DNA of 64,000 bases from an uncultured Nitrososphaerales archaeon. GTDB lineage: Archaea; Thermoproteota; Nitrososphaeria; Nitrososphaerales; Nitrososphaeraceae. The notes under the pieces were generated by a model. That model searched no databases. It was given only the letters and a program-made list of their open reading frames with translations, and was not told the DNA's origin. Below, in pieces: positions 23,394 to 34,618 of the stretch (position 1 is its first letter; the number at the start of each line of letters is the position of its first letter). The stretch lies in assembly GCA_963713605.1 (NCBI GenBank), contig CAVQMO010000001.1, positions 384,001-448,000 on the forward strand. Direction: 5' to 3'. Made by a program: the position numbers and the translations under genes.

Positions 23394-23824
23394 ATGATCG
23401 AATATGACCTCCTCTACGAATTCTCAAAGAAGATGCTGAATCTTGACCCGTCGGTAAGGTGGATGGGGATAGCCAATAAATTTGGGTATTTCTGAACGCT
23501 GAGCACCGTGAGGGTTTGGAACAGCTCATGACAGATGAGGAGAACGAAGAATACGCTGCATTAACCGTAACGAGGCATAAGACCAGAATTAAATTCCAAT
23601 CAAAAATAGGTGAACTCAAATATGCTGTTGGGAAGTACGAAAAAATCATACGTGTCACGATTAGGATCAACGAAGACTATTTCCTTCTTCTAACATTAGA
23701 CATAGACGCCAAGGATTATGATTCCATTTTGGTTGACAAGGTGATTCCTCTAGTTAAAGAAAGAAAAAATGAGTTTGTAGATGAGGATCTAGGTGTAGAA
23801 AATGAGAAGACGCAGTCTACCTGA
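23394..23824 (+). CDS. DUF6659-like protein (frameshift at about 23485)
   Basis: MIEYDLL..KKMLNLDPSVRWMGIANKFG joins the LNAEHREGLEQLM frame; similar to 49696..50112. Confidence 0.65.
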
Positions 23825-23897
23825 TATTTGACTCTGGCTAACGTCCCATGGTTTTGCATGCCAGCTTATCTAATGTGCATGACTTGTGAAAAGGCAG

Positions 23898-24365
23898 TTA
23901 TATCTTGTCCGACTTTGCTAGAAATTCAATTTCAACTACACTCCCAAGAGGCAAACTAGAAACGCCTATCGCCAGGCGGCTGTGTTTTCCTGCGTGACCA
24001 AAAATATCTGCTAACATATCCGACGCAGCATTAATTACCTTTGGTTGATCTGTGAAAGTGGGATCCGAATTAACGTATCCGGAGAGCCGTATGAATTTAC
24101 TGACTCTATCGAGGCCGCCTAGTGCAGTTTTGATGTGCGAAAGAGCATTTAGGGTGCACACTCTTGCTGCGTCTTGAGCAATCTCGATGTTCACAACGCT
24201 AGTCACTTTACCTTTAAAAATTTCTGGAACTGTGCCCGATTGTAATGGAATCTGCCCTGAAACGTAGATCATGTCTCCTTCGATCACGACTGGTACATAT
24301 GACCCCGCTGGTTTTGATGGTGAAGGCAGATCCAAGCCCAATTCTGCGATTCTTTCCTCAATCAT
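23898..24365 (-). CDS. RidA/YjgF family protein
   Basis: PAGSYVP, VSGQIP, GKHSRLAIGVSSLP. Confidence 0.92.
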   Translation of the reverse strand: MIEERIAELGLDLPSPSKPAGSYVPVVIEGDMIYVSGQIPLQSGTVPEIFKGKVTSVVNIEIAQDAARVCTLNALSHIKTALGGLDRVSKFIRLSGYVNSDPTFTDQPKVINAASDMLADIFGHAGKHSRLAIGVSSLPLGSVVEIEFLAKSDKI

Positions 24366-24460
24366 GCTTAGCTCATCTTTGCAGAGGAGTTTATATTAAT
24401 CGATTCGAGAGGATATATTTTCACCTGAGCACAAATACTCTGAGATCGGTCTCTGCTGTA

Positions 24461-24472
24461 CATTTAAAAATG
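24461..24472 (+). promoter_or_regulatory. TATA box of tRNA-Pro
   Basis: TTTAAAAA about 25-30 nt upstream of the tRNA 5' end. Confidence 0.5.
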
Positions 24473-24493
24473 GTTAATATTTAACGCTCTTTA

Positions 24494-24588
24494 GGGGCTA
24501 TCGTCTAGCTTGGTCTAGGATACCATCTTGGAAACAAGGTATACGCCTGGGGCGCTGGCGGTCGTGGGTTCGAATCCCACTGGCCCCA
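24494..24588 (+). tRNA. tRNA-Pro(GGG) with a 19-nt non-canonical intron at about 24526-24544
   Basis: GGGGCTA/TGGCCCC acceptor stem, GGTTCGAATCC T-arm; removing the intron restores CCAGC-CTGGGGC-GCTGG. Confidence 0.92.
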
Positions 24589-24650
24589 TTGTGTATGTGG
24601 GTTCATACACTTGAAACATAAACTTAGTCTTAATGGAGTGAGTTAAGCCT

Positions 24651-24833
24651 ACGCCGATAAAACTTTCTAGCACAGTGAGTAAGATACACTTAGTACCAAA
24701 TGAAACTAACAGAGAAGTGATTAGAGCGTTCCACCACTATTTGATGGGCAACAACCTTTCAGACCACCACATCAATAACAGACTAAAAGCAGCTATTTCA
24801 TTTGCCAACTATCCTGGAACTGAACAGTCATGA
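24651..24833 (+). pseudogene. N-terminal remnant of a Nitrososphaera-type tyrosine integrase
   Basis: (ACG)PIKLSSTVSKIHLVPNETNREVIRAFHHYLMGNNLSDHHINNRLKAAISFANY then stop; 62 bp downstream of tRNA-Pro. Confidence 0.65.
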
Positions 24834-25089
24834 TGCAATGCATTAATCTGATGTACGACGGTCAATGTAACGGTTCACATGGCGTCAATGCAGTTATCAC
24901 CCTTGGAATCGACAATAGGTAAGATGTTGATTAGTAAACCGCTCAACTGAGACCGTGTCAAAATACAATCGAAATACTCTCCCGGTGTGTAAGAAAAAAT
25001 GCTATACAATCGAGCAAGATGAATAGATCTGTCATCATATCTGGGGTCTACTCTAGTGTATGGAACATGCCAAAATCTTGGAATAGGTA

Positions 25090-25449
25090 TTCGTGATTAC
25101 TCAAGTATTCTTAGAAAAATTGGGAGAGCTATTGACAAACAAGAATGTCAGTTAGTACCGGCTAAGGATTGAAGATCCTGAAGAAAAAGTGAGTGAGACT
25201 ATTTCTGCTATCAATAATGAAATCGAGGAATTCTTACTCAACAATCCAAAAGAAAGTATCCTGGGGTTTTCAACTCTGAGAACTTTTCTTGAAAGCTACG
25301 TGATAATTACGATTAGAGACACCTATGCCTATTGTGGTAAATGGCTGCTCAAATATACGCGGTTGAATATCTTGTGGAATTACAGGTCCATCATCAACTA
25401 TTTCCACCATATGACTCCCCAGGTGCCGAGATTAGCGCTTCGAAAGTGA
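25090..25449 (+). pseudogene. Fragment of an unknown gene
   Basis: Protein-like frame upstream of ORF 25189..25449, interrupted by a TAG. Confidence 0.35.
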
Positions 25450-25557
25450 TTATTTGGAGTTTATCACTAAGCATAAAAAACTGCTTTTCAAATTTGAAGT
25501 GTTAAACTTATCAATTAGCAAGCAAAAGACCATTTATATTATAATGGTTGATATAAA

Positions 25558-27325
25558 ATGTCCTTGTCAGCTTCCAATACTCCATCTTTTGATTCTGAGA
25601 AGACGGAGGTATTGTATGGCTTTGATATGACTACTCAGGTAATAATGAATTTTCTAAACAGCTCAGAGGTCTCGATGAATATTTGTGCAGACCACACTTG
25701 GCCATCAGTAGCAATGGGTGTGGAGGTATTTAGGAAGGGATTGTATGAACTTAAAACAAGAAGCGTCCAGTCACGATTTATAACGGATATTACGAAAGAG
25801 AATATTGAATATTGTAAGGAACTGATGCGAATATCAGAACTTCGTCACTTGGATGGAATTAAGGGTAATTTTGCAATAAGTGAGAAAGGATACACAGACT
25901 TCGGCTACATTGCGAGAAGCATCTCTACTACAACAAGTCATATACAGCAATGTTAGAGCGATTCTTGATCAGCAGCAATATGTTTTTGAAACTCTATGGA
26001 GTAAAGCAATACCTGCTGACCAAAAGATAAGAGGAATTGAAGAGGGGATTGAGTTAGGAAGGACAGACATAATCCAAAGTCCAAGAATGATACTTGATTT
26101 ATTCACAAATATGATAAAATCAGCTAAAACTGAAATATTGCTAATGCTTCCTACAATCAATGCCTTTCTCCGTGAGTATCGAATTGGGGTAATAGAACTT
26201 TTAAAGAAATCAGCGATAGAGAAGAATGTAAATGTGAGAATCATAACTCCCAGTAATGATGTTGTCGAAAAAATATTGCAAGATACAGAATCTACTTTAA
26301 CGGTGAGCGAAGAGCGGCCAGAAAACCAGAAAAAAGAGAAAGGTTTTGAAGTACAGCGTAGCAATATTCAATTCAAAGAGACAGCCGTAACTACAGTTAC
26401 TACATTAGTTGTTGACAGAAAAGAGTCGCTAGTAATAGAAAAGAAAGATGATTCAAAACTGAATTTTATAGAGGCAATAGGATTAACTACATATTCAAAC
26501 AGTGAACCAACAGTAATATCCTATGTTTCAATCTTTGAAGGCTTTTGGAAGCAGGGTGAACTGCTAAACCAGCTGGAAGCACATGATAAAATGCAAAGAG
26601 AATTTATCAATGTAGCTAGTCATGAAATGAAAACACCTACCCAAGCCATTCTTGGGACCAGTGGGCTATTGAAGTATTATCCAGAAAGAAGAGATGAATT
26701 AATAGAAATAATACAAAGAAACGCCAAAAGACTTCAGACACTCATTAATAATATACTGGATGTAACAAGAATTGAGAGTCAGACGCTAATACTAAATAAG
26801 GAACGATTTGACATACGTAATTTGGTATCTTCTGTGATAGAGGATTACAATGATAGGGCAAAAAATAGTAATATCCAATTAATCAACAAAAATAATAATA
26901 GTATTAATCCTATTTTCGTAGAAGCAGATAGGGATAGGATTGTCCAAGTTCTCTCCAATCTTTTAAGCAATGCTATCAAATTTACAAACCAGGGGAAAAT
27001 ATCCATTAATTTATTTGAAAAGATTCAAGAGGAGGAAAGTGGAAAAAAAGAAGTCATTGTAAGTGTAACTGATACAGGTAGTGGAATAAATAGTGAAATT
27101 TTTGGAAGGCTATTTTCAAAATTTGCTTCAAAGTCCTATCAAGGTACCGGTTTAGGATTATTCATTTGCAAAAGTATCATACACGCCCATGGGGGAAAGA
27201 TATGGGCTGAAAATAATAATAATAATAATAATAATAATATAGATGGAGTTGGAGATAAGAATAGTGGAGGGGCTACTATTACATTTAGTCTGCCTAGCGC
27301 CACCTTAGTGGATGGCGAAAATTAA
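25558..27325 (+). CDS. Soluble sensor histidine kinase (frameshift at about 25890)
   Basis: ASHEMKTP H-box, NLLSNAIKF, DTGSGI, GTGLGL; N-terminal ELRHLDGIKGNF sensor region. Confidence 0.93.
27212..27238 (+). repeat. (AAT)9 microsatellite encoding poly-Asn
   Basis: Nine perfect AAT units in frame. Confidence 0.95.
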
Positions 27326-27327
27326 CA

Positions 27328-27696
27328 ATGGATAATAACAGAATTTTAGTTGTTGATGATGAACCTGATCTTACTCAGGTTTCCACACTGGCTTTGGAGT
27401 ATCATGGATTCAAAGTTGATTCATTTAACGACCCGCAAGAAGCATTATCAAAGTACAAGCCTGGTTTGTATGATTTAGTTATACTTGATATAAAAATGCC
27501 CAAGATGGACGGCTTTGAATTATATCAGGAAATAAAAAAGAAAGATAACAACGCCAATGTTTGTTTTCTTACAGCAAGTGAACAATACTATGAAGAATTC
27601 AGGAAGAAAGAATATTGTGCGCTGGATAGAAATCTGTTTATAAGAAAGCCAATAGAAAACGAAGAGCTGAGTAAAGGAAATAAACAAAATGATTAA
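27328..27696 (+). CDS. Stand-alone response regulator receiver
   Basis: LVVDDE, LDIKMPKMDG, FLTA, RKP; probable small frameshift at the 3' end. Confidence 0.93.
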   Translation: MDNNRILVVDDEPDLTQVSTLALEYHGFKVDSFNDPQEALSKYKPGLYDLVILDIKMPKMDGFELYQEIKKKDNNANVCFLTASEQYYEEFRKKEYCALDRNLFIRKPIENEELSKGNKQND

Positions 27697-28305
27697 GAAA
27701 TAAGATCAAAATATAGTATATGAGGGGCCAGTTTTTCTCAAAAGAATTTATTACGATTCCAGTCATAGGCATAGATAATATGGAATTTCTAGATGGTGTA
27801 ATAACCGGGATTAGGAACCTAGTGAGAATTCGCATGTATAAAAATGTATAACGTTGTTACCTCCCGTGCATACTAAGTAGATAGGTCACTATTCATAGTT
27901 GATTATTAAAGTCATGACCGGGTAAAATGAAGTCTAACACTTTTTCGCCAATTCGTAAATATCAATTATTGGTCGAGGGTCACTCCTAAAATTATTAGTT
28001 TCACTTCTTTGGTTACTGAAAAAAGGATTAGTTATGTTTTGCGGGTTGTAAGTTCGTGGACTGGATATGTGACATATTGTGCTGACCAGATTAGTACAGA
28101 TGTTTCTCACCAATCATTAATCAAAGTATGTGCGTCTTATATGGGTATGACCCCTGGAAAAATACTGCAGGCCACACTCGTGTAGACAGAATCAGGTTAG
28201 CGAATAGCCCTACTAGCGCGACACATAACATGTTGTCTCGATTATTACAGTAACGAGTCCGCAGAGTTAGAAGTTATATTAGCTAAAGTGAGATAACGAA
28301 CAGGT

Positions 28306-30598
28306 TTGAATCTAAACAGGATTCCTGAACCTCCATATGCCCTTGTAGTCTGCGAAAAGCCTTCTGTTGCGATCAGGATAGCACAGGCTTTAGGGACTTC
28401 GAGTTTCGCAAAAATTACAGGGCTAAAGAAAGATTTAGGTCATGCGGAAAAAAGAAAAAGCGGACTGCAATCAACAGTATTTTTTGCAGTCTCCCAAAAT
28501 GGTCAGAACTTTGTTGTGTGTTCTGGACTCGGTCATTTGTATGGATTGGTAGATGTGAACGGAAATAGAAGTGTATATCCAGTGTTTGATGTTAAATGGA
28601 CGCCAATATTAAGAAAAAGGAACGGAATGAGTCCAAAGACAGCAGTGGCTTCTGAACAAATAATCAAGTCTATATCCTTATTCTCTCAAAATGCTACGAG
28701 CTTTATTCATGCTTGCGATTATGACCAGGAAGGTGAAGTAATTGGATGCAACATTTTGGAATATGCATGCAATAACAAGTATGAGAGGTCATTAAGGGCC
28801 AAGTTTTCTACTCTCACGGATCAAGAAATTAGACATTCATTTGACAATCTTCAACCACCAAGCAAAAAATTAGCTGAAGCCGGAAAATCTCGACATCTGA
28901 TCGATTTTATCTATGGCGTCAACCTGTCGAGGGCACTTACACAAGCTTTTAAGAACAGTAACAATCGTAAAAAATACCTTAATTTATCAATAGGAAGAGT
29001 CCAAGGTCCAACTCTTGCTTTTGTAGTAGATAAAGAATTAATTATTAAAAACCATGTTCCAGTACCTTACTGGATTATATACGCAGAATTTGAAAAAGAT
29101 GGACACATAATTAAAGCACATTATTGCCGTCAGAAAATAGAAACCCTACCAGATGCCACTTCAATAATCCATGCCTGCTCAGGTCAAGTTGGGAGAGTTA
29201 CCGAAATTAAGAACCAAAAGTCCACTATTTATGCGCCACATCCTTTCAATCTGGGCGATCTGCAAATGGAAGCGTATAGAATATTTAAGTTCTCTCCAAG
29301 TTACACGTTATCCATCGCTGAGAAGCTGTACATCGCTGCGCTAATTTCATATCCACGAACTTCCAGTCAAAGGTTACCCTCATCAATAAATTACAGAAAA
29401 ATTATTTCAGACCTATCGAAGTTTAATCCTATTGCTCCTGAAGACAGAGTTAGTAATAGGTGGTCTAATGGACATCCTATTAGTGGTCCTTATAAAAAAT
29501 TAACTTCAAATCTGCTATTAAATGTAAAAGGTCTGTTCCCAAACGAAGGAAAAAAGACGGATTCAGCACACCCTGCGATATACCCAACAGGAGAAAAACC
29601 GAGAGGCAGCCTAAACGCAAGTGAATACAAACTATTCGATCTTATCATTAGGAGATTTTTGGCGACCTTCGGTCAGCCAGCGATAAGTGCAGCAAACAGT
29701 AGTGACCATTGTTGTCAAAGAAGAGCACCTTTTCAAAGCAGATACCGAAATGATGATAGTCGAAGGCTGGATGCACTTCTATGAACCATACATAAAAAGT
29801 AAGTTAGAAAAAGGCCCCCGATCCTATCTACATGATCTCCAAAGAGAGGATACATTGAAAAATGATACTGTTGCAATGATTGATAAATTTACTCAACCTC
29901 CTTCAAGATTCAATCAATCCAGCTTACTAGAAGAAATGGAATCGAAAAAAATTGGTACAAAAGCCACAAGGTCGGAAATCATCAGTACTTTGTTAAAAAG
30001 GAATTATGTTAGTAACGTTCGTTCTTCTAAAGACACCTCTCACTATAGACAGCACAATGGTTCTGGAGGTGGAATAGAAGCTACCGATCTTGGAGTTGAA
30101 ATAGTCGAATCGATGCGTCGGTACATACCGAACATAGTATCCTTAGATCTCAGCAGATCTATGGAAGAACTGCTTGAAGGGATCGCATTTGGCAATGGCA
30201 GTAGTGATTCTGTCATAAAGTATGCTAAGACCCAACTAAAAGAAGCAATCATTCCTTTTAAGGAAAAGGAAATTGAGATAGGCAATCGGATTACAGATGC
30301 AATAAATATTACTAAGAGCAAACAACAGATGATCATTGGGGTCTGTCCTGTTTGTGGCAACGGAAGCCTGAAAATTATAAGATCGGGTAAAACTAAGAAG
30401 AGGTTTGTAGGGTGTTCTAATTACATATCTGGCACGTGCAAGGCAACGGCTCCCTTACCGCAGGATGGGATAATAAGATCCACAGGCAAGAATTGTTCTT
30501 CGTGTCGATGGCCAATGCTTGAGAACTCCTATCCTCATGGGTCAAAATATCGTTGGAAATTTTGTATTAATATAAATTGTTCTTCCAAGAAAAAATAG
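28306..30598 (+). CDS. topA: Type IA DNA topoisomerase (frameshift at about 29690)
   Basis: CEKPS, DYDQEGE, GRVQGP, catalytic ISYPRT, AHPAIYPT, GTKATR, C-terminal Zn fingers. Confidence 0.93.
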
Positions 30599-30899
30599 TT
30601 GTACCCACGAATATTACGGTTGTGAATCGTTTATCTCATGAAGAAAAATAGCTAATTTGACTCTCCGCAAGGTTTGAGAAGTATAACCATTTCCCGTTAT
30701 CTACCTTTATACTTTTTCAGACCCGTACATAATGCTCGAGCCTGACTTTTGTGTCTGGGAGATCATGTTGGCAACGCTTGATCAAAGAAAGAATCACGTA
30801 GTAAGCCTGAACGATGTTTTGTATCTGTCAGATTCAAAAGGCTTGGGTTCATTGGCGAAGCAAAAGCGTTTATATCCTTTCAGTCTTAACCCTGATGGA

Positions 30900-31304
30900 T
30901 TGAAAACAAAAATATTTGTGAACTTACCAGTAAAAGAGCTCAATAAATCGGTAGCTTTCTTTACCAAACTTGGTTTCACTTTTAACCCTCAGTTTACTGA
31001 TGAGAATGCAACCTGTATGATTGTTGGAGAAGATATATTCGTGATGTTATTGGTTGAGAAATTTTTCAAGGGTTTTACCAAAAAGGAGATCTGTGATACA
31101 TCAAAAAGCACAGAGGCGATATTGGCATTATCTGTCGAATCACGAGATCAAGTTGATCAGATGATAAACAAAGCAATAGAGGCCGGAGGCAGTGAACCTA
31201 GGGAAAAGCAGGACCATGGATGGATGTACGGGCGTAGCTTTGAGGATGTAGACGGGCATCTGTGGGAAGTGTTCTTCATGGATGAAAGCGCAATAAAAAA
31301 ATAA
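30900..31304 (+). CDS. VOC/glyoxalase family protein
   Basis: KIFVNLPVKEL, MYGRSFEDVDGHLWE; TTG start with TTTATA upstream. Confidence 0.9.
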   Translation: MKTKIFVNLPVKELNKSVAFFTKLGFTFNPQFTDENATCMIVGEDIFVMLLVEKFFKGFTKKEICDTSKSTEAILALSVESRDQVDQMINKAIEAGGSEPREKQDHGWMYGRSFEDVDGHLWEVFFMDESAIKK

Positions 31305-31608
31305 AGTCGCCAAAATCGATTCTGTAGAGATCAATTGGAGCGTTCAAGCTACGCTCTTTCAGTGAAGGTATTATAATATTCTTTAGTGGGAAGAATATCC
31401 ATGACCAGATTTCGATGAATTTACCGAATTCCATCCTCTGGTAAAGTCATCGCTGGTTAACGATCTTGCAGTAAGAGAACGTTGCTACAATGGCGAGGAC
31501 AGAAATTATCATTTGATATTTGTACGAATTATCCCAAATTGAATTAAACTGAATTCCGTAAGGTTGCTATAGCTGCTTGGATTAACCTTAGACTGAATGA
31601 CCCTGTTA

Positions 31609-32257
31609 TCAGGGGGTTCTTAGTGCCACAGCGATATCTCTTTCAGAGATCGGTCCATTCCTTATAACGGTTAGAGTTTCATCGTCATTTTCTGGGCGTA
31701 TTATCGTAGAATGAGAATATCTATTTAATGTACCGCCATCCAGCAATGCGTCGAAGCTCGCCAGTGAGGTAGATTTGATTTGGGATGGACTTTTTACTGA
31801 TACGTGACCGGAAATGTTAGCGCTAGTTCCAACCAAGTAGCGAGTCAATTTGAGGAGCGCAAGGGTGCATGGATTGCCTGGTATTCTGACTGCCAAAGAT
31901 GACTTATTAGCAGTCAACCTTGGAAAGATGTTCTTGTTAGATAGAGGGCAAATAATTGTTAGAGGACCAGGCCAAAATGATCTCAGCTAACCTCTTGACC
32001 TTTTCGGAAACTTCTACTATGTCTTCTAGATCGCTGAGACTGGCAGCGAGAACAGGTAGCGCTTTCTCGGCCAATCTACGCTTTAAAAAGAATACCCTTT
32101 CTACTGCCTTATCGTTAAACGGATCGCATCCTATGCCATAGACAGTGTCAGTGGGATAAACGATGACCCCTCCGTTCTTTACTATCTTCGCACAGCTCCC
32201 AATTGCCATGTGGTCCCCACATCTAAATTTCAAATAGCCCTCTGTCGTGTTGTCCAT
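31609..32257 (-). CDS. sua5: Threonylcarbamoyl-AMP synthase Sua5/YrdC (frameshift at about 31978)
   Basis: YPTDTVYGIG, KRR, WPGPLT in shifted frame, TSANISG. Confidence 0.92.
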
Positions 32258-32366
32258 ATCTTTCTAAAGTCAGTATAGTAGTTTGGACTATCTCCTGCTC
32301 CAGGAGATAAATAATCCTTCCCTTCTGCTTGACTTTCCTTCCCTCCGGATATTGCTAGACTATTCT

Positions 32367-32735
32367 TTATTTGTGTATTCCTTGTGCACGTCTATTCCAT
32401 GCAAACATTAGAAAAATAAATGGTACCAACATGATTCCAGTAGCGATCAACACCGGTTGGATGACTCTAAAATCGACTGATTGACCTGACGCCATCATAT
32501 AAGGAAAAGGGTAAAGACCTGATACGAAAAACCAGAACGCAACGAAGAGTAGAATAAACTTAAAATTTCTTTTCAAGAAGCTGGGAGGGATAGCCTTGAT
32601 CTTATTACATTTCACGCATGTATTCTTCCCGTAGACTATACATGATGAACACACACTCCTTTCACAATTTGGGCAGATCCTATCACCAAATCTAGAACCA
32701 CAGATTGTGCAGCTTACCAAGCTTTTCCAATCCAT
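32367..32735 (-). CDS. Zinc-finger membrane protein with 2 TM helices
   Basis: CTIC..CPNC..CSSC..CVKC followed by two hydrophobic helices. Confidence 0.75.
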   Translation of the reverse strand: MDWKSLVSCTICGSRFGDRICPNCERSVCSSCIVYGKNTCVKCNKIKAIPPSFLKRNFKFILLFVAFWFFVSGLYPFPYMMASGQSVDFRVIQPVLIATGIMLVPFIFLMFAWNRRAQGIHK

Positions 32736-32858
32736 ATAGCTTGATTCGCTTAATAATATTTTGTCATCCAATTGGAAATTAGGGACTCGATAAAGGATTG
32801 TTTGTAGGAGAGTAAATAGATAAATATGCTGACCATCTCCTGCATCAGAGTCTCGAGT

Positions 32859-33524
32859 ATGGAAATTGAGCACTGTGTATTTCCGGATGACCTAAGATAC
32901 GATTTAGATAATCTGGTTTGGGCCCGGAAAGATGCGAACAATGTTCTAGTTATCGGAATTACCTCAATATTGTCCGCCATTGCTGGTAAAATTTCAGCTG
33001 TAAAGTTAAAGGATGTTAATACGACAGTAACGAGGGGAAAAAACGTAGGAACGATCGAGAGCGGAAGGTACTTTGGAGTTGTTAGAGCTCCAGTTGCTGG
33101 AAGGATTGTAGACATTAATCACGAACTTATCAGTAATCCCAAATTAGCGAATGATTCGCCCTACGAAAAGGGTTGGTTCATCGCTCTCGCTCCAACTTCG
33201 GATATTGACATCTTGAAAGGCATGAAATCGCTTCCTGACGACAGTGAGGAATTTAAATCATTGATTCGTACATTGCATGTCAAATGCTATACGGCCCTTC
33301 CAGATTTTGAAATGTTTGAAATAGGTATTGAATGTGCGGCAACTCTATCAAAATTAGACGATCTGATATCAGGGATCGAAGGTGGACAAATCATTCATCT
33401 AGTCTCAGATGATCCTACGGCCGACATCGAGATGACTAGATGGACCGAGCAGACTGGACAAAAATTGATAGAAACGAGGAAGGAAGAAAACTTATTACAT
33501 TTTCTAATCCAAAAAATGGATTGA
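32859..33524 (+). CDS. GcvH/LbpA-like domain fused to a TusA-like sulfur-carrier domain
   Basis: GTIESGRYFGVVRAPVAG, NDSPYEKGW (H-protein fold); GIECAAT...VSDDPTADIEMTRWTEQTGQ (TusA fold). Confidence 0.85.
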   Translation: MEIEHCVFPDDLRYDLDNLVWARKDANNVLVIGITSILSAIAGKISAVKLKDVNTTVTRGKNVGTIESGRYFGVVRAPVAGRIVDINHELISNPKLANDSPYEKGWFIALAPTSDIDILKGMKSLPDDSEEFKSLIRTLHVKCYTALPDFEMFEIGIECAATLSKLDDLISGIEGGQIIHLVSDDPTADIEMTRWTEQTGQKLIETRKEENLLHFLIQKMD

Positions 33525-33569
33525 ATATGTCAGGATTGTTGGAATAGTCCTGATAGTATCCAATATTCG

Positions 33570-34416
33570 CTACTTCTCGATTGGGTTTGCAATCATGTTT
33601 CCCCATTCAGTCCATGAACCATCATAGTTCTTTACGTTCGGATAGCCAAGTAGGTATTTAAGAACGAACCATGTGTGTGACGACCTTTCGCCGATTCTGC
33701 AATAAGCAATAATCTCCTTATCTGGGGTAATGCCTTTTGATTCGTATAGTCTGCTTCAGCTCTTCTGTATTCTTGAACGTCCCATCACTATCATTTACTG
33801 CCTGTGCCCACGGAATGTTAACGGCTCCTGGAATGTGTCCTCCTCGCTGAGCATGTTCTGTAGGATACTCTGGTGGAGCCAGAATTTCTCCGGAAAATTC
33901 TTTTGGAGATCTAACATCTACCATCTTGAGTCCTGGGGCGCTAACAGCGCGTTTGACTTCGTCTAGAAATACCCTAATTTTACTATCTGGCTCATTGGCA
34001 ACAAAATTACCTTTTAAATAAGAAGGAACATCTTTTGTTAACGCTCTATCCTCTTGCAACCATTTTTTTCTACCACCATTGATAAGCCTAATATCCGTAT
34101 AACCATAATATTTGAGAACCCAAAATGCGAACGCGGCAAACCAATTGTTAAAATCTCCATACAATAGTAGAGTAGTATCCTTGTTTACCCCGGCATTTTG
34201 AAGAAGGTTCTGACAGGCTTCCTTAGTAAGCACATTCCGTGTAAGCGGATCGTTAATGTCGTTTTTCCAATCAAATAGTACGGCGCCAGGTATGTGTCCC
34301 AATTCGTAGTTTGCTTTTGGGTCATAGTCAACTTCTGCTATTCGGACCTTAGGATCCTTAAGGTGGTCCTCTGCCCATTGCGTGTCGACAAGTACCTCTG
34401 GATGAATGTAACTCAT
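33570..34416 (-). CDS. Tandem-domain rhodanese, thiosulfate sulfurtransferase type (frameshift at about 33750)
   Basis: GHIPGA twice; shifted frame gives active-site YCRIGER and YDGSWTEW. Confidence 0.93.
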
Positions 34417-34618
34417 TCTTCTTTATGAAGTACAAGTTCTCGTAATATATTAGTTTAATATCTGGAAAAAAGCGTCCGAACTTCAAAGAATTATAAATTG
34501 ATTGAACATCATATAAACATATAACTATTATAGGGAAATAATTCGTATGAAAGACAAAGAAAATAAGGCTTTTGTTCCTTTTTTCTGTTTTTCTTGTTTC
34601 TTCCATTGCTTAGGTGTC

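Noticed and set aside
30732..30899. N-terminal extension of the VOC protein
   Set aside because: Family similarity begins at TTG 30900 and a TATA-like box lies inside the extension
24589..31600. attR duplicate of the tRNA-Pro 3' end
   Set aside because: No copy found by eye, so the island boundary is undefined
32859..33524. Canonical glycine cleavage H protein (gcvH)
   Set aside because: No lipoyl Lys, a fused TusA domain, and no P/T/L genes nearby
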